From assembly GCA_016934415.1 (NCBI GenBank), contig JAFGSW010000063.1:20043-84042 (forward strand): a stretch of DNA of 64,000 bases. Direction: 5' to 3'. Within the stretch, counting starts at the first letter, position 1, and each line of letters opens with the position of its first letter. The notes beneath the pieces are model-generated. The model had not been told where the DNA came from. It did not search any database and was given only the letters and a program-made list of their open reading frames with translations. The position numbers and the translations under genes are program-made. The stretch is from Spirochaetales bacterium (GTDB lineage: Bacteria; Spirochaetota; Spirochaetia; SZUA-6; RPPD01). Shown piece by piece: positions 46,892-55,734 of the stretch.

Positions 46892-47034
46892 CCCGTAAAA
46901 AACAGCCACAGAGGCACTGAGGACACAGAGAGGAAAAGAAAATGAGGAAAGAAAATTTCCAATAAATTCTCCTTCCTTTCTTTTTATCATTTTCTTTTTG
47001 TCTTCTCTGTGCTCTCTGTGTCTCCGTGGCTGTC
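46892..47034. repeat. Long imperfect inverted-repeat hairpin element (copy E) between hydA and the maturation protease
   Basis: Arms ACAGCCACAGAGGCACTGAGGACACAGAGAGGAAAAGAAAATGAGGAAAG and CTTTCCTTTCTTTTTATCATTTTCTTTTTGTCTTCTCTGTGCTCTCTGTGTCTCCGTGGCTGT, centred on AATTTCCAATAAATTCT. Confidence 0.55.
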
Positions 47035-47085
47035 CTTTTCTTCCCCGCTAGGTGAAGTCACGTCGCGCGCAAAGCCGACGAAAAA

Positions 47086-48381
47086 TCACACGAACTCGAC
47101 ATCCAGATAATGCGTGGAGCAGGAGATGCAGGGGTCGTACGCGCGGACAAGCATCTCCATGAGGAGCCTGATTTCGTCCTGCGGCTTGTCGATGATCTTC
47201 GGCACCAGGGATTCGAAGTCTTTCTGAATGTTCCCGTGATTCTGGCCGGTGGGGATGCAGATATTGGCCGACGTGCACATTCCCTTGCCGTCGAATGCAT
47301 AGCGGTGGAAAAGAATGCCGCGCGGAGCCTCCACGCTTCCCACCCCCTCGCCTTCGCGCGGCGCGGCCTTGGGCGTCTCCGGCGTGACGCCGTCGGTAAG
47401 GACGCCGTCGATGAGCCGGATCGAATGGGCGATGACCTGGGCGATCTCCACGACCTGGGCCACGCTGTTGAGGTAGGGGTTGCAGGCGCCCTTTTGAAGG
47501 CCGAACTTCGCCGCCACGGCCTTGGCCTCGGGAAGGAGGAGATCGGCATTGATATTGTACCGGGCGAGGGCGCCCACGGCGTATGAGTCCCTGTGCCACT
47601 TGCACCACTTGGCCGTCGATTGGGCGGAAACGTACTCATTCGCCACCGATTCGAACTTATGAACGTCGGTGGTCTCCTTGACGTCGGTGGAGGCGATGTC
47701 TCCGTGGTAGAAGGTGTATGTTCCGTCCGTTTTCAGCGCGACATATTCGGTATCACGGTTGAAATCCGGAAGCTTGTCCGCCAGGCTCACGACCACATCC
47801 GCCAGAATCCCGACCAGCTTCATGCCGTTCTCGAGATCTTTTTTATAAGCCTTCAATTGCGCTTCCGTGGGGAGCTTGGCGAACCCGCCGGGCTTGACGG
47901 TCACCGGGTGCGTCATCCGCCCTCCGATGAGCTCCATGCCGGCGTTGCCGAGCTTGTGCAGTGCTATGACGGTCTTCACCACGTCCGGATGCGATGCCAC
48001 GAGCGGAACGACGGATTTCTGGCCCAGGAGATCGGGCGCCACCAGGTAACCGACGTGCAGGACGTGACTTTCGATCTGCTCGGCGTAGTGCAGAACGATG
48101 CGAAGCGCGTCGGTCTGCTTCGAGACGGTGACGCCGATGGCGTCCTCCACGGCCTTGATGGCGGCGAGCGAGTGGGTCACGGAGCAGATGCCGCAGATGC
48201 GTGAGACGATGGTCTGGATGTCTTCGTAACTCCGCCCCCGCACCATGGCTTCGAAGAAGCGCGGAGCCTCCGGCACCCGCCACTCCACCCGTTCTATCTT
48301 CCCGTCGGAGGCGCGCACGCGGATCGTGCCGTGGCCCTCCACCCGGGTGACATGGTGTACGCTTACATCAATATTCGGCAT
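47086..48381 (-). CDS. hydA: [NiFe]-hydrogenase large (alpha) subunit, group 3b-like
   Basis: N-terminal RICGIC and C-terminal DPCISCSTH Ni-Fe ligand motifs. 431 aa. Confidence 0.9.
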   Translation of the reverse strand: MPNIDVSVHHVTRVEGHGTIRVRASDGKIERVEWRVPEAPRFFEAMVRGRSYEDIQTIVSRICGICSVTHSLAAIKAVEDAIGVTVSKQTDALRIVLHYAEQIESHVLHVGYLVAPDLLGQKSVVPLVASHPDVVKTVIALHKLGNAGMELIGGRMTHPVTVKPGGFAKLPTEAQLKAYKKDLENGMKLVGILADVVVSLADKLPDFNRDTEYVALKTDGTYTFYHGDIASTDVKETTDVHKFESVANEYVSAQSTAKWCKWHRDSYAVGALARYNINADLLLPEAKAVAAKFGLQKGACNPYLNSVAQVVEIAQVIAHSIRLIDGVLTDGVTPETPKAAPREGEGVGSVEAPRGILFHRYAFDGKGMCTSANICIPTGQNHGNIQKDFESLVPKIIDKPQDEIRLLMEMLVRAYDPCISCSTHYLDVEFV

Positions 48382-48392
48382 CGGATCGCTCC

Positions 48393-49127
48393 TTACGATT
48401 GATTGTTGAACAAGAGCAGGCGGCCCGACAGATCGTCGACCGTCTTGCCGTAGATGTCCATGACTTCCTTGGCGGCGTCAACGTTCGGGTTGTCGAGCAG
48501 TCCCCGGCAGCCGAAGCACCAGAACCCGCCCGTCGGGCACTTGGCGCCGCAGCCGGCGCGCGTAATCGGGCCGAGGCAGACTTCGTTGTACTCGTAGCGG
48601 CAGATGTTGCCTTTTTTCTTGCATTCCACGCACACGGGATAATTCGGTATCGAAGGCGTTTTCCCGGCGAGCACGCTCTTCAGGATGGTGCCGAACTCGA
48701 AATGATCGATCGGGCAGCCGTGAATCTTCACTTCCACGGGCACGACCTCGTGGACCGCCTTGACCCGGGCGGTGTCCAGGTGCGGGGCTTCCGCGTCCTT
48801 GCCGTACACCGTGCGGCGCACCTCACCGAAATCGAACTGGTTTTTGAGCTTGTTCACCCCGCCGATGGTCGCGCAGGCGCCGAGGGCGATCATCACTTTG
48901 GCCCTTTTCCGGATGTCCTTGAGGCGCTCCTCGTCCTCTTTTCTCGTGATTGAGCCCTCGATGACGGCAATGTCGTAGCTGTCGGACTGGTCGCTTATGG
49001 CCTCGCGCCATTCGACCGGCTCGATGAGCCCGAGGACGTCAAGGAGGCCTTCCTCCAGATTATAGAGCTGGAGCTGGCAGCCCTCGCAGCAGGCGAAATC
49101 GAATATGGCGACGCGCGGTCTGTCCAT
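48393..49127 (-). CDS. hydD: [NiFe]-hydrogenase small (delta) subunit
   Basis: Internal start MDRPRVAIFDFACCEGCQ (proximal-cluster motif). ATGA overlap with hydG. Confidence 0.85.
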   Translation of the reverse strand: MDRPRVAIFDFACCEGCQLQLYNLEEGLLDVLGLIEPVEWREAISDQSDSYDIAVIEGSITRKEDEERLKDIRKRAKVMIALGACATIGGVNKLKNQFDFGEVRRTVYGKDAEAPHLDTARVKAVHEVVPVEVKIHGCPIDHFEFGTILKSVLAGKTPSIPNYPVCVECKKKGNICRYEYNEVCLGPITRAGCGAKCPTGGFWCFGCRGLLDNPNVDAAKEVMDIYGKTVDDLSGRLLLFNNQS

Positions 49128-49963
49128 CAAATGGCCTCCCTCGTTTCGGCGATATCGGAGTAGCGGAACACCGGACCGTCCTGGCAGGCGTACAGGCCGT
49201 TGATCTGGCAGTGGCCGCATTTGCCCACCCCGCACTTCATCTTGCGCTCGAGCGACACGTACACGTTCGCATAACTCATCTCCAATTTGCGGAGCTCGAG
49301 CAGGGCGAATTTATACATGACCGGCGGTCCGACGATGAGGGCGACGGTGTTCTTCGGATCGAAGGATATTTTGGAGAACAGCGTGGTGATGACGCCGACG
49401 TTCCCCTTCCAGCCGTCGTCCGGCTGATCGACCGTTTCCAGAAGCCGGACCCCGTCGACTTTGCCCCACTGTTCGAGCTCGTCCGAAAAGAGCCTGAACG
49501 CCGGGGTGCGGGTTCCGGAGAGAATGTGGATTTTCCCGTACTCTTTCCTGTGGGACAGCACGTACTTGATGGCCGAGCGGAGCGGGATCATGCCGATGCC
49601 GGCGCAGACGAAAAGGATATCCTTCCCTTTCATTGCCGTCGTGACCGGGAACGTGGTGCCGTAAGGCCCGCGCACGCCGATCTTATCGCCGACGGAGAGC
49701 CGGTGGAGGGCGCCGGTGAGGCTCCCCACCTGCCGGATGCCCATTTCGAACGTCGGTTCGCCGTGCGGAGGCGAGGAGATCGAGATGGGCGCCTCGCCGA
49801 TGCCGAAAAGCGAAATTTCTGCGAACTGTCCCGGCATGTGGCCGAGCGATTTTCCCGAATCAAGCTTGAACTCGAAACATTTCTCGGTCGGGGTGAGCTG
49901 GCGGATGGCGACCGCGGTGGCCGTCTCGGGAAGGTAGATGTCCTTCAATGCGATCTTTCCCAT
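49127..49963 (-). CDS. hydG: Hydrogenase gamma subunit (FAD/NAD(P)-binding, 2Fe-2S; AsrB/PyrK-like)
   Basis: Ferredoxin-reductase-type FAD/NAD fold. C-terminal CGVGKCGHC cluster motif. Confidence 0.85.
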   Translation of the reverse strand: MGKIALKDIYLPETATAVAIRQLTPTEKCFEFKLDSGKSLGHMPGQFAEISLFGIGEAPISISSPPHGEPTFEMGIRQVGSLTGALHRLSVGDKIGVRGPYGTTFPVTTAMKGKDILFVCAGIGMIPLRSAIKYVLSHRKEYGKIHILSGTRTPAFRLFSDELEQWGKVDGVRLLETVDQPDDGWKGNVGVITTLFSKISFDPKNTVALIVGPPVMYKFALLELRKLEMSYANVYVSLERKMKCGVGKCGHCQINGLYACQDGPVFRYSDIAETREAI

Positions 49964-49966
49964 GTG

Positions 49967-50983
49967 TCAGGCCTCCATGATGGCGTTGTAGACTTCCACC
50001 GGATTGGCGATGTGCGTTACGCACGCGCCGATGCAGCGCCCGCAGCCCACGCACGAAAACTCTCCGATCTTGTCCGGCACGTATTTCCCCTTGCGGTAAT
50101 AGCGGTGTCGGTAGCGCGCCTCTCGCTGATTCCGGAAATTATGGGGGCCGGCCACGGTGGCGAAATCCTCGAGCATGCAGCCGTCCCAGGTGCGCACACG
50201 CTCGCCGGATGCAAGGTCCCAGTTCAACCTGTCCGCCACGTCGAAGCAGTAGCAGGTGGGACAGACCAGGTTGCAGCTGCCGCATGAGAAGCAGAGGCGC
50301 GCCTTTTCCTTCCATATTTTGTGATCGTATGATTTTTCAAGCTGCGCGGTTATCTGCGCCTTGTTCGGCTTGAGCTCGTGCCTGCGCAGAGCTTGTTTGT
50401 TTTCGTCCCAGATTTTTTTCCGCGCGGCCAGGTGCGTATCGTCCGCTTTTGTGAATCCCTTGCCCAAGGCGATAAGTTTTTCGCCGGCGGCCGTGGCCGC
50501 GTCGGCGAGATACTCGTTTCCGATTTTGGTAAGAAGTATGTCGTAGGAATCCTCAACATGCTCGAAGCCGAGGCAGCCGGCGAAAACGTGAGCCGACGGT
50601 TTCTGCACGTCGACCGCGACGACGATCGCCTTGGCCCGCCGGGAAAGGTAGTGAACGTCCGGGTTGTCCATCTCGAAGAGTTTGTCAAGTTGACGGAGGG
50701 CGATAAGATCGTACGGGTGAACGCCGAAAAGGACGAACGGCTCAGCCGCCTGGGCGCTCTTCGCCTCGTCCTTCTTGAAAGTGAAAAGCTTTTCGTCAGG
50801 CAACAGGAAAAACCTCTTGGGAGCGTTCAGGCTGACGTCGTAGTCGAGCCGCAGGTCTTGAACCTTTGCAAGCGGCCCGAAATCGAACTTGTCGGCGCGG
50901 GCCTGAATCCCGATCACGTCGTGGGCTTTGATGATCGCCTCGACCCATGTTCCGAGCTCGGCCGTGTCAAGGACTTTGAGCAT
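49967..50983 (-). CDS. hydB: Hydrogenase beta subunit (AsrA-like iron-sulfur protein)
   Basis: Cysteine motifs CFSCGSCNLVCPTCYC and CVGCGRCIGAC. 338 aa. Confidence 0.85.
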   Translation of the reverse strand: MLKVLDTAELGTWVEAIIKAHDVIGIQARADKFDFGPLAKVQDLRLDYDVSLNAPKRFFLLPDEKLFTFKKDEAKSAQAAEPFVLFGVHPYDLIALRQLDKLFEMDNPDVHYLSRRAKAIVVAVDVQKPSAHVFAGCLGFEHVEDSYDILLTKIGNEYLADAATAAGEKLIALGKGFTKADDTHLAARKKIWDENKQALRRHELKPNKAQITAQLEKSYDHKIWKEKARLCFSCGSCNLVCPTCYCFDVADRLNWDLASGERVRTWDGCMLEDFATVAGPHNFRNQREARYRHRYYRKGKYVPDKIGEFSCVGCGRCIGACVTHIANPVEVYNAIMEA

Positions 50984-51351
50984 TTCTCACCTCCCCGTCC
51001 GGCTGTCGTAACAGCGCAGTATCGGCGCGTATTCCATCACAGCCGTCACTGTATGTGCTTTGCGACCGCACCGGCTTAAGACCGCATCGTTTCGCAGAGT
51101 TGTCATCCCTGTCAGGATAAGGCTGTGAAAAAAGCACTGGCTCCTTAAGGGCCGGACGCGCAACCACAAGCTTTATGAAAGTTTTGCCCCACCCGGACCA
51201 GATCGTGTTGCCCGTAATATATACGGATTAATTGAACGTGTCAAATATTCGCGGTTTTCTTGTCACAGTCGGCCTGTCCGTGATAGTGTGTGATCGCTTT
51301 CAATCCGATGGTGCGGCGCGGCCTCGAATAATGCCGCCGAAAGGGGAACGC

Positions 51352-52326
51352 GTGAAAAAAACGCCGGCGATCATTTTTTCCACACTGCTCTTCGTTTCCT
51401 GCAGCGGCGTGGAATCCGAATTTTCTCCCCCGGTGTCCCTGCGTCTGACGATCCGGGCCGGCCTGCCGCCGGTCGCGATCGCGGTCGATGAATTCGCGCG
51501 GCTCGCCGCCGAGCGTTCCCACAAGACGATGACGATCGCCGTCGGCGAGACCCGGCACGCAGCCGACGACCGGAAGGTCGTGAAGAAATTGGCCGCCGGA
51601 GAGATCGACGTCGCCTGTGTCGGCGCTCAAGAGTTAAGCGCGCTCGACGCGGAGTTCGCGGTCCTCACCCTGCCCTTTCTCTTCCGCGGCGACGCCCATT
51701 TCCGCCGCGTCATCAACGGACCCGTCGGCGAAAGTATTCTGAAAGGACTCGATCGCCACGGGCTCACCGGCATAGGTTTTTTCGACCAGGGCGCATTGCA
51801 TTTTTTCAGCCGGGACAAGAAGCTGATCCTGCCCGCCGATTTCAAGAAAACGCGGTTCAGGATCCCCTCGCTGCCCCCGCTGCGCGGCGCAATTGAACGC
51901 CTGGGCGGCTTCGTCGCACCCGTGCCGGGCGAAGAGGCCGCCCAGGCCCTCAAGCTCGGTATTGTCGACGCCGTGGGCGATTTCCCATGGGCCTTCGAGC
52001 GCTACGGTTCCCAAACCGCGGCCATGAGAGTATCGTCTCTCGGCTGCGCCCGCGCGCCTCTCGTGCTCGTCATGAGCGGCGCGGCGGCGAGGAAACTTCC
52101 GTCCGGAGCGATCGAGTTCCTGCGCGCCGCCGCTCGCGACGCCGCGACCGGTCAAAGGGCGTCGGCTCACGGCGATGACGAGTCCGTCGCCGCGCTCGCC
52201 GCCCGGGGAGTCACGGTCGATCGCCCGGTCGATGTTTCGGCATTCGCCGCCCTTATCGGGCCGGTTTATCGGGAACAGCCCGAGGAAGTGCGGAAACTCA
52301 TAAAGGAAATTGATGATATGCGATAA
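51352..52326 (+). CDS. TRAP-type transporter solute-binding lipoprotein (DctP family), orphan
   Basis: GTG start after AAAGGGGAA (alternative ATG at 51331). Lipobox LFVSCSG. DctP-like sequence. No dctQ/dctM adjacent. Confidence 0.7.
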   Translation: MKKTPAIIFSTLLFVSCSGVESEFSPPVSLRLTIRAGLPPVAIAVDEFARLAAERSHKTMTIAVGETRHAADDRKVVKKLAAGEIDVACVGAQELSALDAEFAVLTLPFLFRGDAHFRRVINGPVGESILKGLDRHGLTGIGFFDQGALHFFSRDKKLILPADFKKTRFRIPSLPPLRGAIERLGGFVAPVPGEEAAQALKLGIVDAVGDFPWAFERYGSQTAAMRVSSLGCARAPLVLVMSGAAARKLPSGAIEFLRAAARDAATGQRASAHGDDESVAALAARGVTVDRPVDVSAFAALIGPVYREQPEEVRKLIKEIDDMR

Positions 52327-52334
52327 GTTGGCGT

Positions 52335-52952
52335 TTAATCTTTCCCCCGGATCACGCCCCAGACTTTCGTGAGATCGGCCTCCCGGTACTGCCCCGGGAC
52401 TTTGCGGTTCGAGCCCACATACTCGACCGTGAGCGCGCTCCGCTTGTCGAAATCGATCCATTCCACGAACACGGCGCTGTGGCCGATTTCTCCGTACGGC
52501 AGGTTCCGGTACATGACCCAATCGCCCGGCCGGATGACGCCCGGGTCGGCGAACGGACCGGTTTCGGGCTCCTTGAAGATCGTAACGCGCTTGGCGCCGG
52601 GAAAACCCGCCCGTTTATAGACGGCGTTCACGAAATCCCAGCAGGCGCCGAGCACGATCTTTTTTTCGCCGACCATGGCGGCGGCCGCGGCGAGCACCCG
52701 GGCGCCCGGCGTTTTCTCCTCCGCATGCGCGGCGACGACGGCGGACACTGAATCGACCGAGCCCGTCTCTGCCGGACGCCGAGTTCGCGGGCGGTCTCCG
52801 GTCCTCGGCGCCGCCCGATCGTTCCATTCGCTTGAAGCCAGTCGCGTCGATCGGCTGATCGTAATGATGCAGCCGCTCAAGGGCAGAACACATACGATCG
52901 TCCATATAATCAAATATAATAATGTGCGCAATTTATTATAATAATTTTTCAT
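52335..52952 (-). CDS. Lipoprotein with a putative papain-like (NlpC/P60 or CHAP-like Cys/His) peptidase fold
   Basis: Internal start MKNYYNKLRTLLYLIIWTIVCVLPLSGC. Candidate catalytic Cys in LGACWDFVNAVY and His in GEIGHSAVFVEW. The fold assignment is tentative. Confidence 0.4.
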   Translation of the reverse strand: MKNYYNKLRTLLYLIIWTIVCVLPLSGCIITISRSTRLASSEWNDRAAPRTGDRPRTRRPAETGSVDSVSAVVAAHAEEKTPGARVLAAAAAMVGEKKIVLGACWDFVNAVYKRAGFPGAKRVTIFKEPETGPFADPGVIRPGDWVMYRNLPYGEIGHSAVFVEWIDFDKRSALTVEYVGSNRKVPGQYREADLTKVWGVIRGKD

Positions 52953-53619
52953 CCCGCTCCTCGAAGGTCCGGTAAACGGCTTCATGCGGCCTTCGGCGCA
53001 CGTCGCCGTAGGTGTAATATTCAGCCCGGGCGGTCCACTCACCGCGCGCATTGAATTTCAGATATTTATATTCAATGAAAAAAGCGAGACCGCCGTCGGG
53101 ATTGCGGACGGAAATCGACTCAAGATTGCCGGCATCGTCGTAGGCGTACGTTTTCCTGAAGACGAGGCGACCGTCGGCCCCTCCCTGCCTGGTTTCCTCG
53201 AGACGTCCCGATCGCGAATACTTTTTTTGGTTGACGAAGAGAACGCCGCCGTCCGGCAGGACGGCCGTTTCGGTCTCGAGGTCGCCCTCGCGCTCGAGGG
53301 TCACCGTCCGGCGCAGCGTTCCTTCCGGACCAAAGACGGAAAGGATGCGTTTCCCCTTGCCGTACCGGTAGACCGTTTTTTCAAGGACGTCGCCCTTTCC
53401 CCCCGCGAGCACCTCTTCGGCCGGGCGGCCTTCCCGGTCGAACGTCAGGGTGATGCGTTTGATCGTCTGGCCGACGCCCCACACCCTTTTCTTCGCGTTC
53501 CAGTGGTACACTTTCACCGTGGAGACGATTTTCCCGCGGCCGGAAGCCTCCGCGTAGGCTCCCGCGCAGGCGAGAAAGGCGAAACCGATGAAAATCGCCC
53601 TGTCGATCCGTCTATTCAT
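52936..53619 (-). CDS. Short secreted YD/RHS-repeat-like protein
   Basis: Signal peptide. YD-repeat-like motifs (RLVFRKTYAYDDAGNLESISVRNPDGG, RYGKGKRILSVFGPEG). Confidence 0.5.
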   Translation of the reverse strand: MNRRIDRAIFIGFAFLACAGAYAEASGRGKIVSTVKVYHWNAKKRVWGVGQTIKRITLTFDREGRPAEEVLAGGKGDVLEKTVYRYGKGKRILSVFGPEGTLRRTVTLEREGDLETETAVLPDGGVLFVNQKKYSRSGRLEETRQGGADGRLVFRKTYAYDDAGNLESISVRNPDGGLAFFIEYKYLKFNARGEWTARAEYYTYGDVRRRPHEAVYRTFEERDEKLL

Positions 53620-53700
53620 TCAAGCCGGGCGTTCCTTTACCGCCCTCGTTCATTGTATCGTCTTCTGGCGGGGAATTCCAAAACTGCGCTGTAAATCCAA

Positions 53701-54306
53701 TCAGCCTGCCAGGTAGCCGCGTACCGCCGCCTCGTCGATAAGCCCGCCGGCGAGCTCCCCGAGCTCGGCCGACCCGTCTCCGATCCGGGCTTCGACATTG
53801 GCGCGCACCCGGGCCGCGTCAATTCCGTGCTCCAGCCAGGCTTTGCCCGAGGTGAGAAAATTATGGTAGAGCGGCTGGAAGCGGTCAATCGACTTCGCGA
53901 AGCGCGCGGCGGGAGTGACGCCTTCCTCGAATTCCCTCCAGAGCGAAAGAAGCTCGTCACGCTGGTCGCCGGGGAGGAGCCCGAAGAGCTTTTCGGATGC
54001 CCGCGTCTCTCGTTTTGCCTGGCCCGCGACCGCCCGCTCGTCGTAGATGTAGGTGTCTCCGGCTTCGATCTCCACCACGTCATGGATGAGGAGCATTTTC
54101 ACCACTCTGAAGGGGTCGATGCCGTCCGCGTCCGCGTGCTCGATGAGGAGAATCGCCATCAAGGCGACCTGCCATGAGTGCTCGGCTGAATTTTCGGTTC
54201 GCGACGAATCCAGCAGATAGGTGCGCCTCTTGACGGACTTGAGCTTGTCGAGCTCCCGGATGAACGCGAGTTGTTTTTCGAGCCGTTCGGAAATATCGAT
54301 CGCCAT
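53701..54306 (-). CDS. HD-domain phosphohydrolase (YfbR-like 5'-deoxynucleotidase family)
   Basis: Start MAIDISERLEK. Motifs ENSAEHSWQVALMAILL...LIHDVVEIEAGD (H..HD..D). Confidence 0.75.
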   Translation of the reverse strand: MAIDISERLEKQLAFIRELDKLKSVKRRTYLLDSSRTENSAEHSWQVALMAILLIEHADADGIDPFRVVKMLLIHDVVEIEAGDTYIYDERAVAGQAKRETRASEKLFGLLPGDQRDELLSLWREFEEGVTPAARFAKSIDRFQPLYHNFLTSGKAWLEHGIDAARVRANVEARIGDGSAELGELAGGLIDEAAVRGYLAG

Positions 54307-54384
54307 CGTTTTCGCTCCTCTCGCTGTCAGTATATGACATTCACGCGGCGGGGTAAATCGTGGCGGCACGGGTGTATATATTAC

Positions 54385-54530
54385 TGCAGAAATTCTCAAT
54401 TTTTCATATACCGGACGTCATTCCGAGCGAAGCGAGGAATCTCCCAACAACGAATGGTCCAGATGACTCTTATTGTTAGGGGATTCTTCGGCCTTCGGCC
54501 TCAGAATGACATTTCACATTCCTTATTGAG
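54385..54530. repeat. About 145-bp composite palindrome in the divergent promoter region between the HD hydrolase and MscS genes
   Basis: Outer arms GAAATTCTCAAT / ATTGAGAATTCC. Two inverted inner units GTCATTCCGAGCGAAGCGAGGAATCTCCC and GGGATTCTTCGGCCTTCGGCCTCAGAATGAC. Its right end (ATTCCTTATTGA) resembles the right end of MITE copy A. Confidence 0.5.
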
Positions 54531-54618
54531 AATTCCTGATATCAGTGATTCCCCGGTTTTCACTTACGTGAATGCGTGTTATCATTTCCTACAAATTGCC
54601 GAAAACGGGGGAGATGCG

Positions 54619-55734
54619 ATGTGGCAGGAATTAATCCAAGAGTTTGAAAAGAATTGGCAAGGCTACCTGACATCGGCTGTTGTCATTCTGGCGGCGGCAG
54701 CCGCCGGGTTCATCGCGCAATTCCTGATATCCAGGCTCATCAGGGCGATTTCAAGAAAGAAAACCGATTTCCCCGGCAGTCTCGCGGTCAAGCACCTGCG
54801 CTGGCCTCTGCGCTTCGCCTTGCCCATCGTGTTCATCGCGGCCGCCTCGCCCTTCGTCAAGGCACCCCCATCCATTCAATACGGCGCGGGCATCATCCTC
54901 ACCACGCTCCTCATTGTCGTCTTCGCCTGGACCGCGATAAAGGCCCTTTCCATCGTCGTCGACTGGAGCGAGCGGCGCCTGCGCGGCGGCGGGCGGGAAA
55001 CTCTGCGCGACCGCCGCATCTTCACGCAGGTGCGCATCATCAAGCGCATCGTCGCCACGGTCGTCGTCTTCGTCGCCGCGGCGATCATCCTCCTTCAGTT
55101 CAAGGAAATCTCGAACCTCGGCACCACCCTCCTCGCCTCGGCCGGCGTCATCGGCATCGTCGTCGGTTTCGCCGCCCAGCGCTCGCTGGGCACCTTTTTC
55201 GCCGGTTTCCAAATCGCGCTCACCCAGCCCATCCGCATCGACGACGTGGTGGTGGTGGAGGGCGAATGGGGCACGATCGAGGAGATCACCCTCACCTACG
55301 TCGTCGTCCGCATCTGGGACCTACGCCGACTCATCCTGCCGGTAACGTATTTTCTCGAGAAACCCTTTCAGAACTGGACGCGCACGTCCGCCGCGGTCAT
55401 GGGCACGGTCTTCCTCTACGCCGACTACACCGCTCCCGTCGCCGCCCTCCGGGACAAGCTCAAGGAAGTCGTTACGGCGGATCCCCTCTGGGACAAGAAA
55501 GTCTGCGTGCTCCAGGTGACCGACACGCGCGACCGCACCGTGGAGCTGCGCGCGCTGGTGAGCGCCGCCGATTCGCCCTCGCTCTGGGACCTGCGGTGTC
55601 ACGTGCGCGAGGAGCTCGTACGCTTCCTTACCGAGACTTATCCCCTCTCCCTCCCCCGCTTCCGCGCCGTCCTGGACAAGGAAGACCCGCACGAACCCCG
55701 AAAAACCCGCGGGCCGCTGAAGAAAGATTTATAA
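54619..55734 (+). CDS. Mechanosensitive ion channel (MscS family)
   Basis: ATG at 54619 after GGGGGAG. N-terminal transmembrane helices and an MscS beta-domain region (GFQIALTQPIRIDDVVVVEGEWGTIEEITLTYVVVRIWD). Confidence 0.8.
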   Translation: MWQELIQEFEKNWQGYLTSAVVILAAAAAGFIAQFLISRLIRAISRKKTDFPGSLAVKHLRWPLRFALPIVFIAAASPFVKAPPSIQYGAGIILTTLLIVVFAWTAIKALSIVVDWSERRLRGGGRETLRDRRIFTQVRIIKRIVATVVVFVAAAIILLQFKEISNLGTTLLASAGVIGIVVGFAAQRSLGTFFAGFQIALTQPIRIDDVVVVEGEWGTIEEITLTYVVVRIWDLRRLILPVTYFLEKPFQNWTRTSAAVMGTVFLYADYTAPVAALRDKLKEVVTADPLWDKKVCVLQVTDTRDRTVELRALVSAADSPSLWDLRCHVREELVRFLTETYPLSLPRFRAVLDKEDPHEPRKTRGPLKKDL

